From assembly GCA_002269645.1 (NCBI GenBank), contig NIVC01000717.1, positions 326,822 to 390,821 of the forward strand: a DNA stretch of 64,000 nt, read 5' to 3'. Source of the DNA: Macrostomum lignano. Lineage: Eukaryota. The position numbers and the translations under genes are program-made. The first letter of the stretch is position 1. Each line of letters opens with the position of its first letter. The notes beneath the pieces were generated by a model. That model ran no database searches and had not been told where the DNA came from. It saw only the letters and a program-made list of their open reading frames with translations. Shown here piece by piece: positions 57,824 through 64,000 of the stretch.

Positions 57824-60800
57824 TCAGTGCTGCTTATTCTTCAATAGCTGTTTCAATCTTTGATGCTCCCTAGGCTCCAGAAAGCCGACTAGCACCCTAT
57901 CCATCACACGGATCGGGTGCTTCCGATAGCCGAATACTCGAACCCAATCAGACGGCACGTGTCTCACAGGTGGATTATTCTGTATCCGCTTGCTCCGCCT
58001 CACAGCCGCAGTAGCATTAGTGGCATTCGACAGTTCACTAGCCGACGCTAGACGATATTCGTCAACTTCGCTAGTTAACAATTTTACTTGTCTAAGCGTT
58101 GACATATCGAATTCCGTTAGGCCTTGCTCGACTGTGAAAAAATTGAAGCAATCCAACGGTAGCAGATTTGGCAACAGACTGACGCGCTCTACTTTGGCTT
58201 CTTTAGTAAGAAAATCGTGCGGATCGTAAAAGTATGAAGTTGCACTGAACTCGTTAGCGCTCTCTAGATCTTCAAAATTATCAAAAACTGCCGCCTTGTT
58301 TAGACTAGACAAGTCAGACTGAGTCTGGGTGTCCGCGTCGCTGCAGCTTAGAGCTTCCGTTGCTTGGTTGACAGATTGAATTTCCTGTCGAGATTCTGCA
58401 ACATCTTCAACTTGATGCTCTTGAAGTGTCCGTACTTCATCTGGTTCATGTTGATCGTAAACTAACGGCGACGGAGCTGGAACTGACACCCGTCTGGAAA
58501 CTACTTTATCCAGTTGATGTTCGTCTTCATCAACATCCAAAATCGGAGATGGAGGCGCAACAGATCGAATATATAACTGTCTAACGGATGACTGATCCAT
58601 AGTTTCCTCCGGTGCCACTGTATGAAAGATGTTGGACTCGTGCCAAGACGATAAATATTGACAACGCATAGCGGTATCGTCCACAGTGAATTCGGTTTCA
58701 GTCAGATAAGACTTAGCGACGGTGAGACTGGTACCTGTCGCTCTTGCTCTCTGACGCTGACGAACAATCGATGGCAACAATTCGCGTCTAATAGAACTAT
58801 TGTCAATGGTAGCCTGCGACACTGTCGCGTACATATTCGACGCGTGTACAGAGTCAATGTATTGTCGACGAATGCTAGAATCATTGACAGTTACTAGGCA
58901 CTCGGTTGCGTAGAGATTAGACGATTGCAAATCTGGTTGCGATTGGCTTTTGTAACTTGACACACCGTCGCACTGGATACCTTCCTCGACAAGCTCCACT
59001 GACCGTGGATTAGATGAACTAATAATCGAACGAGGAACCATTGCAACTTTGTGAGGATCCGAGGACGCGGAAGCGTACCCAGTGGTGGTCGCACTGTCGC
59101 AAGACGTTGCTACGGGCAAAGTTGACACCACCGCTACAGCTGGCTGACAACGCATCGGACTCAACGAATGCTGAGACACCGAATGGACAACAGAACAAGT
59201 GCTAGAACCGGCTTCAACAACATTAGCAAAATTCACAGCTTGACTACTTCTGACCTGTGCAGCATTGTTGATTTTAGCAGGAGAAGACGTTCGACAATCT
59301 TCTAGCTTCACACCTGCAGGCTGATCAGTGATAAATTGAGTTGCAGTTACTGCAGTTTTTCCCTCGGCAACCAAATCAGCTTTAAAATTTTGACTGTCAA
59401 TTCCAGTTTGACTGTGCAGTGCTTCAGTGTTTGACTGTTGAATAATGGTGAACTCCGGCTGCATACATGGCAAGGTTTTATCATCGAGTCCAGACGATGT
59501 AACGAATGAAGATTTAGCGCGTTTAATCTTATCGCGATTGCTGGACTGGGATATCCTTGATGTGGAGTCACTGGATTGATAATCTGGTTTCTGAAGTAGC
59601 TTATCAATTACAGATGAAGAACTTTGCTGCCAAATCGATTCAGCATGTTGTGACGCTGCTGAGCCTAGAGACTTTACGCGATGGATGCTGCGGCCAAGAG
59701 AACAACCTACTTCAAGATTTTCAACCCTGGAATTTTTTAGCTGAAGCGTTTCAGAGGCCGAATTCCTGCGCAAAAGACTACGTCTGATAGAATTGGCAGG
59801 TTGCAGGCTCAGTCGAGTCGAGTCACTGATTTGCGATGTTTCGGGTTGCTGGCTCAGTTCGATTGCATCGAGATTCTGCGATCTGTCATGCGTACGACTT
59901 TTCAGATGACGACTTCCACAGCCAAGCTGAGATTCGTTCGAATTATGACTTTTATTAGTCATCTCAAGCCTTTCGGGTTGCAGACTCTGTTAGTGAGTTG
60001 CTGTGTTGAGATCTCACCGGTAGCAGACTCGGTTGGCTTGACACACTAAGCTGAGATCTCTTTGGTTGCAGACTCGGTCGTCCTGACTCATTAAGCTGAG
60101 ATCTCTCTGGTTGCAGATTCGGTCGGTTTGACTCACCAAGATGAGATATCTCTGGTTGCAGACTCGGTCGGTTTGACTCATTAAGCTGAGATCTCTCTGG
60201 TTGCAGACTCGGTCGGTTTGACTCACTAAGCTGAGATCTCACCGGTAGCAGACTCGGTCGTCCTGACTCACTAAGCTGAGATCTGTCTGGTTGCAGACTC
60301 GGTCGGTTTGACTCATTAAGCTGAGATCTCTCTGGTTGCAGACTCGGTCGTCCTGACTCACTAATCTGAGATCTCTCTGGCTGCAGACCCGGCCGTTGTG
60401 AGTCACCCATTTGAGAACGCTCCTGTTTCAGACTCAGTCGCTTTGAGTCTTCGAGCTGAGATCTGTTCGGTTGCAGATTCAGTCGATTTGAGTCTCCAAG
60501 CTGAGATCTGTCTGGTTGCAGACTCAGCTGAATTGAATCACCAAGCTGAGATGCCTCTGGTTGTAGACTCAGTTGAATTGAGTCGCAAAACTGAGATCTG
60601 TCTGGTTGCAGACCCGGCCGTTGTGAGTCACACATTTGAGAACTCTCCTGTTTAAGACTTAGTCGGTTTGAGTCTTTATGCTGAGATCTCTCTGGTTGCA
60701 GACTCGATCGTCTTGACTCACTAAGTTGAGTTTCTTCTGGTTGCAGACTCAGTCGGTTAGAATCTTCGTGCTGAGATCTGTCACGTTGCAGACTCGGCCG

Positions 60801-63233
60801 TTGTGAGTAGCTTATCTGAGATCTCTCTGGTTGCTGACTTGGTCGTCTTGACTCACTAAGCTGAGATCTGTCTGGTTGCAGACTCGGTCGCGTTTGAGTC
60901 TCCGAGCTGTGAACTGTCTGGTTGCAGACTTAGTCGGTTTGAGTCTCCGAGCTGTGAACTGTCTGGTTGCAGACTTAGTCGGTTTGAGTCTCCGAGCTGT
61001 AAACTGCCTGGTTGCGGACTCGGTCGGTTTGAGTCTCCAAGCTGAGATTTCTCTGGTTGTAGACTCAGATGAATTGAATCACCAAGCTGAGATCTGTCTG
61101 GTTGCAGACTCGATCGTCTTGACTCACTAAGCTGAGATTTCTCTGGTTTTAGACTCAGTTGACTTGCATCGCATATCCGAGATCTCTCTTGGTGTAGACT
61201 CGGTCGCGACTTGCTGGATAGCTGAGACGCAACCGTTGAAGCTGGACTTCATCATCGCAGAGCTCAGAAGTGGCACAAGCAAGACTGACGGCGACATTAG
61301 CTCGACTAGGTGTGCTTGCCTGTAGACGCAGTTTTATCAGTACACTCGCCAGCTACTACTACTGATTCACCAGTAGTAGTAGACGATTTTGAATCATCCG
61401 ACGTTAAATCGCTGTCATTGCTACTGGATTGACTAAATGAATCATCTTGGCTGACATAAATACTGACGCCTAGAGCATCAGCTGAGTTAGTCGACAAACC
61501 AGAGTAGTGAGCACTGCTATAGGACCTAACCGAACTGCTTTTTGTTTAACGACTGAGGCGCTTTCTACATTGGCTTGCGAATCAGACAGAGAAACGGCTC
61601 TCGGTTACAACTCTGACTAGTTGAAGACGCAATTAACTCCTCTATCGACTGTCCATCGGCAAACTTTCGGTTTTGAGACTTCTGAGAAGTTGACAGATCA
61701 GTGAGATTTTTTACTACAGACGATGAACTAAGCTGCTCTTTACAGCTAACACTTTTATTCGTCGATTCCACAGACTGATTAGTCAAGCCCCGATCAGCTG
61801 ACCGACAGCTGTTGCGAATAAGCAACTTTTCAATAGGCTATTCCTTGCTGCAGCAGTTTTCTACTGCGTTCTCTGCTGCGATCGAACAGCAGAGCTGCGG
61901 CTGCCACCCTGGGCCGAGCTGATGGAGCCAGATGGCAATAATTGCGCGCGGCTCAAGCGATTTATCGATGCTAGCTGACAGATTTAGACTGGCTATAGCG
62001 GATAATGCCATCGATGGTTGCTTTTGAATGCATCCGCTTTGATTGTTGAATCTATTTGCAGCTAGCAGCATCATCTGGCTGGTGAATATCATCAGACATG
62101 CTGACACATTCGCTTACACCGCTACTCTGCATAGCTATTGAATCTAACAATAGCGTCGCTTTACTTTTGCCGTCCAATCGTTTTTTAGTTCGTTGTCCAC
62201 TTCTAGAGTGTCTAGCATCGGGTTCGGCGTCTGCTTGGGACTTAGAGAGGCTAGGAGGTTGCTATTCCTTTCATGACTCTTATTAGTCTTAGTTGTCCAC
62301 TCGTTGGCAACGATTAATTTCTCAGCCGGCCTGGCGCGATCCCGACTGCGACCTCGTTGGTAAACCATAGTGGACATTGCCAAAATTTCCATACGCCGTT
62401 GCTTCACTGTCGCAAGCAATCGAAGATAAACTAAGATTTGGCGGAGCTCGATTAATCTGACTTTCCGTGGAGCCTACAGCTGTAGAGACAGTGGTCGCAG
62501 ACGAGGCTACCAACGTTTAGCAGATTTTGATTTGTTAACGACAGTAGGGGACTGCTTGACATCAGCTGCGGCTGCTACCCTTTCATTCTCTTTATCATCT
62601 GTCCCAGCGGTAGCATTGCTACTGTCTGCAAAGCTTACAGAAGATATTTTACGACGGTGACGACGCTTAACAACTCGGACAGCATTCTGCTTGGTGCAGC
62701 AGCAGCAGCAGCAGAAGGTCGAGAAGTGATGGCGGGGCTACGCAGTAAGGAACTGCTTAAAGTCGGACAGTTAACCGTACTGTTTGGAGAATCAGTCAAG
62801 CCTGTCTGACCGCGTCTTTTAGATTGCCTTTTGTTCCGCCAAGGGATTCTACATGGCTAACAGCAAGAGTGCTATCTAAAGCTTCTACTAAATGAGCCTG
62901 CTGGTCCTGTTGCTGCGACTGTTGTTGGTTTACTTGAGGACAAATCTGCTTCTGAATGACAGCTACAGAGCTCAGAGCCAGTGTTGTTTCTGGTGATAAA
63001 TCAATTCGACTAAGTCGCATCTGTTGCCTATTAGCCTTGCTAACTCTGCCATTTTGCTGCGAGGTTGCCGTTTGACTTTCTGAGCCCGACTGGCGCATCG
63101 GGTTTTCATGTCTGGTTTTTGGCGACCAATTTAATTGGCTGGCTGTAAATTGTTGTTTTTTAATTTCAGTTAAAACTGTATAAGGGCCAATTTTTAGAAA
63201 AGCATGAAACCTAGATGTGTTGTTAAATAACAA
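57824..63233 (-). pseudogene. Decayed long Ser-rich ORF of unknown function; the 3' 712 codons (57824-59962) are still open
   Basis: Consecutive Ser-rich ORF fragments; in-frame stops at 62144, 61838, 61306; frameshifts near 60892 and 59990 are visible against the 45-bp repeat register. Confidence 0.55.
59980..61230 (-). repeat. 45-bp coding-like tandem repeat (SQLSESNRPSLQPER)n
   Basis: CAGCTTAGTGAGTCAAACCGACCGAGTCTGCAACCAGAGAGATCT-type units on the - strand. Confidence 0.9.
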
Positions 63234-64000
63234 AACAGACTGGCTAAATAAGCTTGATAATCATAACAATGGCACAGCTTGGCCCATTAATTGTATCAAT
63301 CTATTTTATCATTCTTAGCTTTTTGACTGAGTAGTGAGTACCAAAATGATAAGAGAAACAAAGTCATGTCAAACATAAAAGCCATCATGTAAAACATAAA
63401 ATAAACTTCAAACATAAAAGTAGCATAAGGTAACACATAAAAGAAATGTCATCTAATATATAACAGAAGCATCATGTCAAATATAAAGAAGTGTGAAGTC
63501 AAGCATACAAGAAGTGTCATTTAAATTTTTTTATATCTTTGGATGTTAGTGTTTATGGGGACAATTGCTGCAATTTTGAGGCTTATTGGGGAAGTTGCTA
63601 AGATCTCAAGGCTTACTCCATGGCAAGATTGCTACTAATGTTCAAACAGATCTTCCATATATAGTTTTTGTTCAATGAATGCTTTCTTTTTCCCATGTGA
63701 TATTAATCTCATATTTGAAAAAAATGCCACATACCTTTCCTATCAGAATAACTTTACTAGGCCTAGCCAAAGCTAAAGTTAGTTATTTGCTAGCATGTGG
63801 GTAGCTCTATAAATAACATTTATTCAACATAGCTACGTGTGGAGGATCCATTTTAATATTAGTAATATATACATGCACATATTGTTGGAAGCCAAATGTA
63901 GCTTGCATTTTTGCTTATATAAAAAGCCTTGTTAGCCTTATACAGATATGATCATGAAAAAAGTCTGGAATGATTTTAGGCAGTCATTTTTGGCAGTCAC

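Overview
Animal (invertebrate) genomic DNA, about half of it micro- and minisatellite. The spliced genes and repeat style suggest a flatworm such as Macrostomum, which is an inference. Host genes: a two-exon 7TM class A GPCR-like gene (4494-7935, -), a three-exon MATE/SLC47 transporter (17116-20544, +), a multi-exon coiled-coil gene resembling CUPID-domain proteins (FRMD4/CCDC120/INAVA; 23125-36972, -), and a decayed Ser-rich ORF (57824-63233, -). Small mobile elements: hAT-like MITEs with internal 21-bp arrays and two tRNA-derived SINEs. The standout is an intact, very young 11.3-kb Ty3/Gypsy LTR element (42425-53712, TATG target duplication). Its single uninterrupted ~2480-aa ORF reads Gag - signal anchor - class III (herpes gB/chuvirus G-like) fusion glycoprotein with furin site and TM - PR-RT-RH-IN. 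It carries retroviral-type late-domain motifs (PPPY, RPEPTAP, YPKI) and is followed by two paralogous RING-RING accessory genes. It looks like a candidate enveloped retrovirus-like agent with an unusual gag-env-pol polyprotein. All family assignments are by eye and need HMM or structure confirmation.
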